Of a stretch of 64,000 nucleotides of DNA, positions 1-11,784 are shown in pieces (positions within the stretch are counted from its first letter, which is position 1; every line of letters starts with the position of its first letter). The stretch is taken from NCBI RefSeq assembly GCF_009914755.1, contig NC_060926.1; one strand, written 5' to 3'. A program made the translations under genes and the position numbers. The notes under the pieces were generated by a model. It was not told the origin of the DNA. It made no database searches and worked only from the letters and a program-made list of their open reading frames with translations. The stretch comes from the human T2T-CHM13v2.0 reference genome, Homo sapiens.

Positions 1-1229
1 TTCTCTGAATTAGGTTCTACCTGCCGAGGGAAACTGGTTTTCAAAAACCCTCTTCATGGTGCCCTGAATCAGCCCCTGCACCCCCTATACTAAGAAGCCC
101 GAGACCCACTAGGAATTTGATTGAAACAAGGCAAATCTGAACTAGCTGTTAGGGCATTGGTAAAGAGTGAGGATGGATTATTGTGGAGGCTCCAAATAGA
201 CACGGTCTTCCTATAGCACGGATATGAAGTGGCCCAAGGTGTCTCTGCTACCCCACCTTCCCTTGAGGTTCTCCGGTCACCCTCTTCTCTGCTCCCACTT
301 CCCCCAGCCCCCTACCCAGGGAAGAAACTATTTGCTGGTGCCATTTACAGTGATGGGTGCAGCAGTATCCTTTCAAGGAAATTCATCTGTGGTGAGGGGA
401 TGTGCCCTGTCCGAAAGTGTGAATCACCTCTGCTGGAACTCTGGGCACTGTAACATGCAATCAGGGGCTCTTTGGAGAAGAGACGTCTGCATACACCTCG
501 AGGAATACAGTCTGCCTGTCTGTAGGGTTGGCCCTCCCTCCAAGCCCTGATCCTTCTTGAGAAAGACTCTGGCTTCCTAACTTCCCACGATCTCTATCAG
601 TAAGGTAGGTATCCTACGAGCGGCCCCTTGCCCTGTTCCCTGGGAGAGAGGACATGACCCAGGAAGTCTCCAAGTACAGGCTGTGCCTGGGGAAGAGGAG
701 CCGGCCGGGGCTGAGGAACCAGAGGAGTTAGCGCAGGAAGGCTTCCTGGGGGAAGAGGGAGCAGCCCTGGGCCCCTCACCAGTACTGCCCCGAACATTCC
801 ATAGGCATTCAGAAACTTCTGCAACCTGACCCTCCTGCCCACTCATACACATACCTTATGTTCCTGGCCCCTGAATGTAAGTTCATCCCATTCTGCTGGC
901 TGCTTCCCTGTCCAGAACGCCTCCTACCCACCTCGCTTCTCTGATATTCTTGTGATAGCCTCCACGGAGCTGCTGCTGGGCACTCAACCCACTCAAGGCT
1001 TCTCCCACGGCCGCTCTCCAGACCTGGCTGTGCAGTTGTCCTCGAGACTGTTCTTCAGTGTCCATGCCTCCTCCTTCTCCTGTTACCCACAGTGCAAGGG
1101 GAATCAGACTTCTTGAAGGTCACAGCTTCCTTCCCTAGCTCAGAGAATTGGGGCAAAGAGTTGGAAATGGCGACCAGATGTGGGGACAGTAGTGACTGTA
1201 AATGGAAGAACTCCTGTGTCAGACAAGCC

Positions 1230-1350
1230 TGGGACTGCACCCTGGCTCCCTGTTTCCCAGCTGGGCCCTCTTGAAACAGCCTTTCCCTTCTCTGAGCCTC
1301 AGTCTTCTCATCCACAAAATAGGACTACCCGTATTTGAAAGTGTTTTGCA
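1230..1350 (+). mobile_element. MIR SINE fragment
   Basis: Degenerate MIR core 'ttctctgagcctcagtcttctcatccacaaaatagg'. Confidence 0.6.
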
Positions 1351-2179
1351 AACTGCAAAATACTGAATATCAGAATGGAGATCATTACTCAGAAATGGCT
1401 GGCCCCATGGATAGATAGACAAGTGAGTGAATTCCAGGCCAGGGCAGGGATTTGGGGCAGACGTGGGTTGCTGCCTGCCTTACCTGTGCATAAGACCAAC
1501 CCTGGGCAGGAGTTCCTATTTCTTCCCCTGAAATCCAGGAATTTGCCAAACAGGCAGCTCTCACCTGGAAAAAAAGTGACTCAGGCCTCCAAGAGAGCTG
1601 GGATGAATCAGGAAGGCAGGGACTGAATGTGGGGCCCCCACCCAGGGGCCTGGGCCTCTCCCAGCAGGAAGAACATGAGTTGGTCCCCAGCCCTCACTGG
1701 GTAAGAGGGCAATCCTGCCAAAATGCGCCCCTGGCCAGCCAATGGGGCACAATAATCATCACCACCACACTCACTCCCACATTCCAGACCTGTCGGGGCG
1801 CCTTCACGAGTGCTATCTTGTCATGCATAATCTCTGAACCCCAAGTCAGGGAGGCCCGGGTTCCAGCTCTGCTGCTCGTCCTCGGTGTGTGCCCAGGCAA
1901 TCACGTAGGCCTAGTTTCCTCCTCTGGTAAAGGGGGTGGTGGACTCAGTCGGCCCCAGCCGCTCCTCCTGACGTGGGTGTGGATGGGAGGCAGTGGCTGC
2001 AGGAGACAGGAGCACCTGGGAACAGCCCGGGGTTGCAGCCCCAGCCCTGCCATTTGCCAGCTGTGTGGCCTGACCACTTGCTGCTGTGCTTCCTCGGCAG
2101 TCCCTAAGAGTCCATCCTGCTCTGACAGGAGTGTGACCTGAGGGAGGTCCTCAGCTGTGACCTCTGTCTCCCTATACCT

Positions 2180-3208
2180 CCCACTGGCATGGCCAGCTGC
2201 TGTCCCTAGAACTCTGCCTAGAATGCACACTAGGCAGCTCAAACCCTGCATGCCCAATATGAAACTCTGATCATCCCCGAATGCCACAAAAGAACCTCCT
2301 TCACCCTGTATCCCAGTAAAAGGCAGCTCCATCCTTCCAGTTGTTCAGGCCCAAAATTTGGACTCCTCTCTTTCTCTCTACCCCACAGCCAATCCAGCAG
2401 CAAATACTCTGGTGCCACCTTCAAAGCAGATCCAGAATTCCACTGATGCTTGCTTCACCTCTTCCTCACTGGTCCAGGTCCTGTGGTCCTCTGGGCCATC
2501 GAGGAAGCCTCCTCTGGGTCACTCTGTCCCACGCTTTGCCACCACCCCCCCCCCCCCCCCCCCGCCGCCCACCATCAGCATTCCCTGCTGCAGCCAGAGG
2601 GATCCTTTTAAACCTCAAGTCAGGTCTGGTCCCTTGGGGCCCAAACTCCACAGAAGCTTCAGAGTAAAAGGCAAAGCCTCGAGGGCAGTGCACCGTTCTA
2701 TTCTTGCAATAAAACCAACTCGGTTTTGGGAAAAAAACTCAAAAGACCTTACAATGGCCGACAGGGCCCTGCATGCTGTGTCCTCCATTACCTCTCGGTT
2801 CTCAGGCCCTTCTCCCTCCTCTCCAGCCGAAGCACCCCTTGCTGTGTTCAGCTCCTCTCTCAGGGCCCATGCATGTCTTTCTCCCAGGCAGCCACACGCT
2901 CCCTCCCTGACCTCCTTCAAGTCTTGGCTGAACCCAGGCTCTCCTCGGCCTCCGCACTTCCATTGCAACACCCTTCCCTGGCAGCAGACCTGATCCACTT
3001 GACTCTCCTTTGTTTTTCCCCAAACCTCATATGACCTTCTAACATACTCTGTCATGCGTCTATGTTTGCTGTTTATTGTCTCTCTCCTCCCTCTAGAATG
3101 TTAGCACCAGGAGGGCAGGGCTTTTTATCTATCTTGTTCTTTAAAGGATCCTTAGCATCTGGCACACAGTATGCGCTCAATCAATACTTACAGTGTGACT
3201 GAGTGAAT
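2180..3208 (+). mobile_element. L2 (L2a-like) LINE 3' region
   Basis: L2 motifs 'ccatccttccagttgttcaggcccaaaa' and 'cttacaatggccgacagggccctgcatg', ending in the L2 3' terminus 'tggcacacagtatgcgctcaatcaatac...gagtgaat'. Confidence 0.8.
2545..2570. repeat. poly(C) run, G-quadruplex-capable on the minus strand
   Basis: About 19 consecutive C followed by gccgccc. Confidence 0.9.
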
Positions 3209-3214
3209 AGGCAT

Positions 3215-3385
3215 CAGTAGACTGTAATGGAAAAGAGAACTAGTAATCTGCCATTTCCTAACTGTGTGACATAATCTCTTCATGCCTCAGTTCGCTTATT
3301 TGTAAAATTAAGTTAATAATGGTACTTGACTCATGGGGCTGGTGTGTGGATTAACATGTGCTCAATAAATATTGACTGTGACCAT
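3215..3385 (+). mobile_element. MIR SINE
   Basis: 'ctgtgtgac...tgcctcagttcgcttatttgtaaaat...ctcaataaatatt'. Confidence 0.75.
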
Positions 3386-4449
3386 GATGCTATCTGCAGA
3401 GCATCACTAGGAGGCAGGTGTGTCGCGGCCCACTGAGCCCCTTTCCAGGTCAGGAGATGTGCCCGGAAAGCTTCTCTCAGCTCACCCGGCAGGCTTTTCT
3501 TGCCCAGAGCCTAGGGAGGGCACCCCATGCTAAGGAGCAGGACCCCGCTTCAAGGAAGTCGGAGCCAGCCCTGACTCACATGCTCGGTCACCCTTGGATG
3601 CTGGGAGTGTGGCATGGAGGAACCCAGGCCAGCAGGGAGGCAGTGGCCAGAGAGCATGGGGCCTCAGATGGGTAGTGGGTCTCTCGGGGGTCAGGGGACA
3701 GTCATTTATATAATAGATTTCTCTCCTAGAAGCTGAGAGTAGGTGGCCTTCCCAGCCTGAGCAAACTCTCCCGTTTCTTCTTTGAGCAGCAAGATTAGTG
3801 GGCAAACCAGCTCTGACCAGAGAAATCACTAAATCCACTCTTTGGCTCAAGGGAGCCTCAAAGCAGCCCCATAAGAGCCAAGGTCAGGCCCCTCATCAAA
3901 TCCGTTTAACACTTAGATAAACAGAGGCCCAAGGGGCAAGAGAATCTTCCCAGGGTCCCACTGCCAGAGACAGGTGGAGCTGGGACCGGCAGTCAGGGCT
4001 TGAGACCTTAAACCCCGGCCAGTTTCCTTCCGCAGAGAGCTGCCGTTTGAGCCCAGGCCCCTACTCCCTTTCTCCTCAACTGAAGATTGCAGCTGCAATT
4101 TGTTTCCAGGTGTTCAGGCCCCAGAAGACTCACGTTTTCACACCCTGTCGCTTGAGGTTTTCTCCATCCAAGGGGGAAAGGTATAGGATGTTTGCATGAG
4201 TCCCTCTTGATGGTCTATGAGTTTCTCCAGGCCCCATTAATTGACTTATGATTTATACTCTACCTACTTCCAAAGAGGACATGAAGTAGCTTACCATAGA
4301 ATACATGCATATAATGCTGCTAACAAAAAATGATAATACATAAAAATTCAAGAGGAGAAAGAAAGACTCAAATACGCCAAACACAGGGGCTAACACAGAT
4401 CGTGTGATTAAGGGTTAACTTTCTATCTGGGCTCCTAGCAGCTAAGGTA

Positions 4450-4517
4450 CAAGTTGGTGCAAAAGTAATTGTGGTTTCTGCCATTAAAAGGCCACACTAC
4501 TTTTGAAATCAACCTAA
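4450..4517. mobile_element. MADE1 (Hsmar1-derived MITE), internally shortened
   Basis: 'aagttggtgcaaaagtaattgtggtttctgccattaaaag...tacttttgaaatcaacctaa'; mariner TIRs flanked by TA at 4448-4449 and 4518-4519. Confidence 0.85.
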
Positions 4518-4749
4518 TAAAAAGGGCATCTTCGGGAGGCACTGAACCATCTTTTCATCCTCCCCCAGCACCTGGCGTCAAGGAAACCCTTGAAGAATGC
4601 TTGAGGCTGACTGAAAACATGGGTGGCAGCCTAAGTTCATGACTTGCTTTGGCCAAGTGACCCCACGGGGACCCATATCCTTACTCTCTGGGTCCCTCCC
4701 CAGAGGTCAGTCCTGGGGCACGCCCTGGGTGCCTGTATGGCTCTCTTCT

Positions 4750-4882
4750 CCGCCCACAGGAAGTGTGACCCCGGATCATGACGTCATGGCTGACCTTGGC
4801 ATCTGTCCTGCTGCCTTAATGAATCAGGCCTCGCTAAGGAGAAAGCCCCAAGTGGCCAACAGGAATGACTCAAAATGACTTA
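4750..4882. promoter_or_regulatory. Candidate enhancer module (GC box, ETS, palindromic CRE, TEAD/AP-1)
   Basis: CCGCCC 4750-55; ACAGGAAGTG 4756-65; CATGACGTCATG 4777-88; GGAATG overlapping TGACTCA 4862-72. Motif evidence only. Confidence 0.45.
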
Positions 4883-5509
4883 ATTGATTTAATTAACTGA
4901 AAAGAGAGGAAAAGAAACCAAACCCTTCTGAGGGCAGTTTGAGTACCTGCTTGGGCAATGAGTGCAATGGAGATGCCCCCGGCCTGGTGGCTCAGGTTCA
5001 GGAAACACGTCTCACCCTGGCCCCACCCTAGGGTCCATGGTGCCGGGGCAGGCCGGGCCCTGATCCTCACTGTCTCAGGAGAACCAGGCAGCCAGGGATC
5101 ACAGCAAGGCCATCCACAGTGGAGGATCAGCCCTGGCTTTTGTGACTTAGCTTTCAAGAGCCAGGCCCTGGCAGACGTCACCCTCAGAAGCTTCCTGCAG
5201 GGGGTGGGTTGGGTCAGGCAACCCAGGAAGGACGGGTAGACATAAATAGGTAAGGCTGAGGAGGAGAGGCTTTCTTACGGTGAAGGACAGAGGAGAGCTC
5301 TGTGGAGAGGTTGGGCTGAGCCCTGCAGGCCCAGAGTCCCTGAGAAGCTACAAGGAGCAAGGGCGGGCAGGGGAGGCTAGATTAGACATTGCCTTCTGAC
5401 CCTCTTCAGTGAGAAAACCCTGCTTCTGCAGGGGTAAAGATCTCAGCCTCACTGAGCTGCCCTGCCCTGTGGAACCCCTGATGTGCTAGGGACAGACTAT
5501 CCCTGACCA

Positions 5510-5715
5510 CTGACATCTACTGAGCAAGTACAAGTGCCAGACATGCTTGGGGCTTCCCAGAGTGTAGCCCATTCCATCTTCATCATTCTGCAGTAAGTAA
5601 TGCCACTGGCCCCGTTTTGCAGGTGAGGAAACTGAGTTCAGAGAGGTTCAGAGATTGGCCCAAAGACACACAGCTAGTAAATAGTGGAGCCAAGGTTAGG
5701 GTCCAAGTGTGTTCA
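5510..5715 (-). mobile_element. MIR SINE
   Basis: 'cccgttttgcaggtgaggaaactgagttcagagagg...acacagctagtaaatagtggagcc'. Confidence 0.85.
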
Positions 5716-6824
5716 ACTGCAGCACGCAAGTTGCTCTTAGCCCCTCCTTGGGCCCCCCCCCCGCCCCACCATGGGTGACTGAGACACAACTCCTGACCAT
5801 GGGGCTCTCCCGGTCTGATTGCCGTGTTCTGTCCTACAGAAACTTGGTCCAGCTGGGAAGCTTTGTTGCTGCTCTTAGGAAGCTCCCGGAAAAGTGTCTA
5901 ATGGCAGGGCAACAGTGGTGGCGGGGGTTGTGGGTTCCCTTTCATCTGGGAGCTGTAGCCAGCAGGGGCTGGAGGAAGGATGCTCCTTAGGAGGCATCAC
6001 TGAGAAGTGGACTAAAGAGATAACACCAGCAGAATCCACCTGTATCTTCTCTAAGGCTGAGGCCTCCTCTCCATGTGGGCCTCTCCCAGCAAGGGGGGCA
6101 GACAGGCACTCCCCACCTTCAGGGAGCCAGGCTGCCTGGCAGGCGGAGCACTTCAGCCTGGAGCCAGGAGATCTGAAGGGAGGGAGATGCGGTGCTGAGA
6201 GGAGATCAGCCCAGAAACCCCCTGAGTGTCTTTCATGTCTGTGCAATGGGTCCATCTGCAGCCAGGGCCAGGGCCCAGCAGAGGCCAGAACTGCGACTGT
6301 CTGAATCAAAGCCAGTCCACGGCCAGGGTCAGAGGTCAGTCAAAGATCAGGGTCATGCATTAGTCAGAGGCCAGCTTGAGGTCTCAGCTATAGGTCAAGG
6401 GTAATGGGGCTGGGATCAACTTTTAAGCAGTGGGCTGCAGAAGGAAGAGGCTGGGAGGTCCCTTGAACAAGGTCTGGATCAAGAGACTACAGTGAGTCAC
6501 CAGGGTGACCCCTGGGGTCCTGTTGGCTGTGGTCACCTGCTAGGGAGCGAATGCAAGCCGGGGCTGCGGATGCTCCAGGGGTAGGCAGGGGCCTGCCTAC
6601 AGACTCCGCGCCCCTCATTCCTCCTGGCTGAGGTCATTCCATTGGCCCAGCCACCCCAGCCTGGGAGGGGAGGCAGAGGTTCTGAAGTGGTTCCCCCAGA
6701 GTACCTGTGAGTCATGATCCCTAGGACTGCAGCTACTGGGCCTGGCAGATCGGGGTACCCCAGGACGCTGCTCCCAGCCCCAGAGCCTCATGTGTCAGCA
6801 AACGAGAGTCAGTTAAAGGCTAAA

Positions 6825-6985
6825 TCCTACTGAGACTAAGCTATGTGCCAGACACAGTTCTAAAGCTTTATATACATAGTTTCTTTTAATCCAGTGATGT
6901 GTTATTACTCAGTTTATAGATGAGGAAACTGAGGCACAGAATGGTTAAATACATGACTCTGGCACTTAAATCCATGCATGGCTTT
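6825..6985 (-). mobile_element. MIR SINE
   Basis: 'ctatgtgccagacacagttctaaagcttta...tttatagatgaggaaactgaggcacaga'. Confidence 0.85.
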
Positions 6986-7348
6986 AAATGAGGCAGCCAA
7001 CCTCACTCTGAACCACAATATGATTTCAGAACAGGATGAGACTAACCCTCCCCCAACCCCACCAACTCAAGCAAGCTGTGGCATTGCTAAAGGGCTGTGG
7101 GCATGGGGACTGCAGACTCCACATCCCTACCATGCTACTTCCTCATAGAAGAAGCTTAAAGCCAGAGTCCAAATCTCTAGGGATGAAATTCCAGGCAGCA
7201 GCAAGTTGAATCTTTGGAGCAGGGTGGACTCCTGGCAGTATCAGCCAGGAGTCTCCATTTTTCTTGATCCATGAAATGCCGCCATCCCCATTTGTTTCTT
7301 TTCTATTGGACATGGGGCCTTCCAGCAGGCAGCGTACCTTGGGAGGGA

Positions 7349-7397
7349 CTCCCAGTGCGATGTGCTGGCCTCCCAGTGCAATGTGCTGGCCTCCCAG
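7349..7397. repeat. 21-bp tandem duplication (2.3 copies)
   Basis: ctcccagtgcgatgtgctggc / ctcccagtgcaatgtgctggc / ctcccag. Confidence 0.9.
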
Positions 7398-7629
7398 GAA
7401 AGTGAGCTAAGAAACATTGCACTTTGGTGGAGTTGTGAGATGCTTTGGTAACTGCGCTTCTATTTGATGTAATGGGGTTAATGAAACTGGGTTAAAATAC
7501 AGGATTCTCAGGATATGGGTTCCCAAAGGCAGGAAAAGGGATCAGTAAAGACAGTTAAAGGACACAGGACCCCAGGGGCATCGCATTTGATCAGCAGTTT
7601 ACTCATTCCAGGCACTTCCACAGGTACCT

Positions 7630-7730
7630 TCACCAGAGTCTCACAGGGAGGAGGTGCTAAAACTGAGATTATCAACCTTTTTCACAGATGAGAAAACTGA
7701 GGCCCTCGTGGGGTAAGTGTCGAAGACGCT
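7630..7730 (-). mobile_element. MIR fragment
   Basis: 'ttttcacagatgagaaaactgaggccc'. Confidence 0.6.
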
Positions 7731-7879
7731 TTGGAGGCTCCTCTGCAGATGTTCCACCTTGCCCCCTCCTCTGTTGCTGGGAACTCCAATTTTGCCTGAA
7801 ACTCACCATCCCCAGTTCGTGAGAAGGACGCCCCCACTCAGCTCCAGGGTCTCTCTATTGGCTGAGGCCAGTGGCTTGC

Positions 7880-8330
7880 CACCTTCCCAAACCCAATCCA
7901 CCTTTGATAGAAAACATTTTGAGCCATCCCCTTTACTATCCTGAAATGAAATCCATAGATAATATAATTTCAAAGGGAAGCATCAACACAATGCCTTTAA
8001 CATAAAGGAGAAATATAAGAAGAGTAATTTCTAATGAGCTAAACATGTTTTGGTGTGCAGACGATCAAACGGGACCACAGCACAGGCTGCACTGTGCCGG
8101 TGGCAATGCAGACCTCCTGGGGCGCTGCAGCCACTCACACCCCATGGAGCAGCACTGCCAACACTTTGGGACCTTCAGAAGTGGCAGGAGGCTCTCAGTC
8201 AAGTTCCAAAGAAAACCATGGAGTATTTTCTCCCACTGTACCTGGTAAACATTGGGCAAGGATGCTTCTATAAAATAGAGTTAAGGGCCTACGCCTGGAT
8301 CATAAAAAACAGGTTTCTCACCTTCATGAA
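7880..8330. mobile_element. Probable hAT-Charlie DNA transposon remnant
   Basis: AT-rich 'ccctttactatcctgaaatgaaatccatagataatataa...taaaggagaaatataaga' resembles a recalled Charlie-type consensus; subfamily uncertain. Confidence 0.4.
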
Positions 8331-8629
8331 TGACTGACATGACATTAAAGGTCACAGAAGGGACAAATTATTCTATGCAATGCAGGACATTCAAACTTTC
8401 CCTGCACCCTCCCCAAACCCCTCCAAATGCCATCACTCCAACAGTCACAACACGCCCGCAGCTTTCTTCTGTGAGCCAGTGCTGTAAGCTGATGACACAG
8501 TCATCTATCTCCTTGCCTGAGTATGGCCAACAGGACATAGGGGGGTGGAGGAAAGTTTTCTCATCATGATTGAGGGGAGAGAGAATTACCCCCACTTGTT
8601 TACCAGATGTCATTTTATCACTGACCACC

Positions 8630-8830
8630 CTGAGGGAGACATGGCCAACTGCTGTGTTAGACAGAGGAAGGATGGAAAGCTCCCAGGCCCCTGGGAGTTG
8701 AGGGGACTGTCAGCCTGCAGATCCATCTGCCCCGGAACCACCCTGAGTATGGACTCTGCTATGTGAGGCAATAATCCCATCTTGCTTAAGCTATTCTGAG
8801 CTGGGCCTTCAGTTGCTTGTTCCCATGGAT
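8630..8830 (+). mobile_element. Old MaLR LTR fragment (MLT1J/K-like)
   Basis: 3' motif 'tggactctgctatgtgaggcaataatcccatcttgcttaagctattctgagctgggc'. Confidence 0.45.
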
Positions 8831-10149
8831 GTTCAGATACAAGAAGTGGCTTTTCCTGACTTCACAGCCATTCTGGAAATCAGAGCTCAAGTCTCCTGGC
8901 CTCAGATGGGTTCTCTCTCCACCTAGTCCTGAGAGATGGAAGCAACCAGGCAGGGTCACTTCTCGGGAAGCTTTCTGGAAAGGAGGCCTCTGAGCCTTCT
9001 CAATGGGTGGAGACTCTGAAGGGGCAGACGTCCTGGGGATGGGAAGGGGACTGTCCCCTCCCCAGCTCCTTCCCTGACTCAAGAGACACTAGGATTAGCA
9101 GCCACATTCCTCACTAATGTCATCTTTTATGCTTTCGGTGCTTTACAGGCGCCTATTAGAAGACAAGCACTCCACCCAAAGGTGTCTGCCCAGCAGCCAG
9201 AACTCCCTAAGTGTGACACAGAGGCAGCACCAGCCTCATCTGCAGTGAGCATCAAAGGCCTCCCTGGGGAAGCCCTCAGCACAGCCCCCAAGGGTGGGAA
9301 GGAGTAGGCGGTATGGAAGTGGTGGAGAGGTGGTCAAACCCTCTGAGAAGACCCCACAGTGATGGAAACACAGCAGGACACAAGCTCCTGCTTGACTTGC
9401 ATCCATCTGCCATGGACCTGCAGATGGAACTGCCATGCAGCACCTACAGACCTCTGCGCAGATTCTCAGCTTTATCCAGGTCCAAGAGGAGCCATCCAAG
9501 GTTTGAAGCACAGGGTGACACAGCCACTTCAAGTCCTGGTTTCCCTGAAACCCTTGAGCATCTCCACAGGCCTCCCACTGCAGAACCATGCTGTGGCCTC
9601 GAGTTTGGTCCTCAGTGGGAGCCAGCATCTGCACAGCTGCCTTCATGGACAGGGATAATGTCCCTGGTCCAAGTCTTCTGGCCCTTGGGTGTCAGGCGAG
9701 GAAGCAGGACACACTCTAGCCCCGAGTTACTTCTCGATACCTCACTTGTAACCCATCATTCCCATGCTCAAGAAGCCACCATGGCTCCCTACTGCCCAAG
9801 AGGTCAATTCGAAGTCCACCATCTGCACCCAAATGGCCTCTCAACCTTTTCCCTTTTGTTCACAAACACCAACCCCGAGGTCCCAGCAAGCTAACCTCAC
9901 AGCGCCCTCGACTTTCCCACCTCCACACCACTGCCTACACTGCTTCCCCAGCCTGGAATGGCTACACCCCACAGGCACTCACATCATCTACAAATCCCAC
10001 CCATCTCTTAACAACTGGCCCTCCTCTCACAAACGTCCTAATGATTTTCCAGCTCCTGCCGCCCTTGACAACTCCTCAGTCCTCAAAACAGTGGAGATAT
10101 TCAGCTATCTACCATCAGTCTCAGTAATTACCTTGAACAGTCTCTTTCA

Positions 10150-10320
10150 TCCTGTATTGCTTTTCACATTTTCAGCATTTGTGTTCTTGCCCACCCCCCA
10201 CTCCATTGTAAACTCTTGGAGGATGCAGACCTGTCTTACTCACACATTCCCAGCACCCAGCATGCTATTGGCACCCACCTGCTAGGAGCTCAGCGAACGT
10301 TCTGTGGTTTTGAATTGCTT
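10150..10320 (+). mobile_element. L2 3' end fragment
   Basis: 'ctccattgtaaactcttggaggatgcagacctgtctt...cccagcacccagcatgc...ggagctcagcgaacg'. Confidence 0.55.
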
Positions 10321-10968
10321 TTGCTCCAAGGAGTGACTCAGTGATGAAATTGCCTATACAGAGATAACTGGGTGGGGGGAGGTTGAGGGAAGGGTCCCTC
10401 CCTCGAATTATTATCATCACCAATGAGTATTTGTTGCATGACTTTGCAAAAGTAATTAGGGAGGAGATTGTTCTTCTAGTCTGTGATGATGGAGTGAACT
10501 CCGCAAGCAAGAGATGCAAATGGAACAAGACAGAAGGAACAAGACATGGGATGGAGAATGGGTAGGGACAGAAGCAGAGATTTGGAGAGGGAGCAAGACA
10601 GTGACAGGGACAGACAGAAACAGGGCCAGGGATGGAGGAGGAGAGGTACATGTGGAAACAGGCAGGGACCCAGAGAGACGAGCATCAAAGAGGGCAGAGA
10701 GGGAGAGAGGAAGACCAACAAAAGCTGAGAGAGGCAGAGGGCAGCAGGGGAGTGGGCCCCTCCCTCCCCAGCTGCTTCCCAGCCAGGCTGGGCCCTGCAT
10801 CCTCAGAGCCACTCCTGAAACTCCCACATGTTGGGACACGAAGTCCAGGAGGAAGGCAGCCAAACTGGAAAGCAGCCGAGGAGCAGCTGCCAGGCAGCCA
10901 TGCACCCAGGAAGATGGCAGTGATGAGGAGACGTTGTCCTGTCCCGTGGCCCCACCATCATACCCCCC

Positions 10969-11010
10969 CAACACACACACACCTGCACACACACACACAT
11001 ACACACACAC
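10969..11010. repeat. Imperfect (CA)n microsatellite
   Basis: acacacacacacctgcacacacacacacatacacacacac. Confidence 0.9.
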
Positions 11011-11688
11011 TGACCTAGCCAAGGTACACTCCTGCACTGGCTGGCTGAGCTTGGCTGGATGAGGAGTACTTTTTCAAGGCTTGACTCAGGTGCCTGCTGG
11101 TGACAGGGAAAGGGAGTGGCCCAGCTGAGACCATGGAAGCTGCAGGGGTGGGGGGGTCAGAAACGAAAGGAAAGCTGGGATTAAAGTTTCAGTAACCTGC
11201 CTCGAAAGTGCCCAGGTGTTGTGTGGGCCAGGATTCCTGGGTGCTGAGTAAGGCAGCCATCCCCGTGTGGATGAGGAGAGGAGAGGTGCTGGCCACTGGT
11301 TGGTGTGAGGTGGGCAGGGGGATGGAGAGTCTTGCCGGGGACTGTGGCCTCCTCATCACCTCTTCCCACCACGCAACACCTTCCTCACAGTCCAGGCACC
11401 CATTGATTGAGGGCTCAGACCCCCGCTACTAAGAATGGAGTGAGGTGGTAGGTTGAGACTCAGGGAAGCCTGGGCCTGGGGAGGTCTAGGAACGATTCCT
11501 GTGTGTGTGGTGTGGTAAGAGGGATAAAGGATGCCGAGAAAGAAGGGACGAAGAAAGGCAGGGGCTGAAGGGCTTTAAGAAGACTTAGCCTGCCAAACTT
11601 CGCTATTCATTCGTGCACTTAAGCAACATTTATTGACACAGGAGAAAAGGGGGGTCCAATCAGAAACCAGCGTGAATAGACAAACCCC

Positions 11689-11784
11689 AAACCTGATCAC
11701 AGACTGAACCCTAAACCTGGCCTCAGACTGAACTTTAACCCTGGCCACAGACTCACTGCTAAACCTGTCCTCAAACTCACCCCT
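11689..11784. repeat. Degenerate 24-bp tandem repeat, 4 copies
   Basis: aaacctgatcacagactgaaccct / aaacctggcctcagactgaacttt / aaccctggccacagactcactgct / aaacctgtcctcaaactcacccct. Confidence 0.8.

Noticed and set aside
577-1065. Minus-strand ORFs with splice-donor-like sites (AAG|GTATGT near 855, CTG|GTGAGG near 780)
   Set aside because: No recognisable protein family, convincing acceptor or exon chain. A lncRNA exon cannot be excluded but is unsupported.
2688-2711. Short similarity to the reverse complement of the U2 snRNA 3' end (gtgcaccgttc...tgcaata)
   Set aside because: Only an 11-bp exact match, and the rest does not follow U2.
2358-2993. 211-aa proline-rich ORF
   Set aside because: Lies in an L2 relic; the polyproline comes from a poly(C) run.
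9236-11062. Several 130-190-aa overlapping ORFs
   Set aside because: Expected by chance in GC-rich or purine-rich DNA; no domain or motif recognised.
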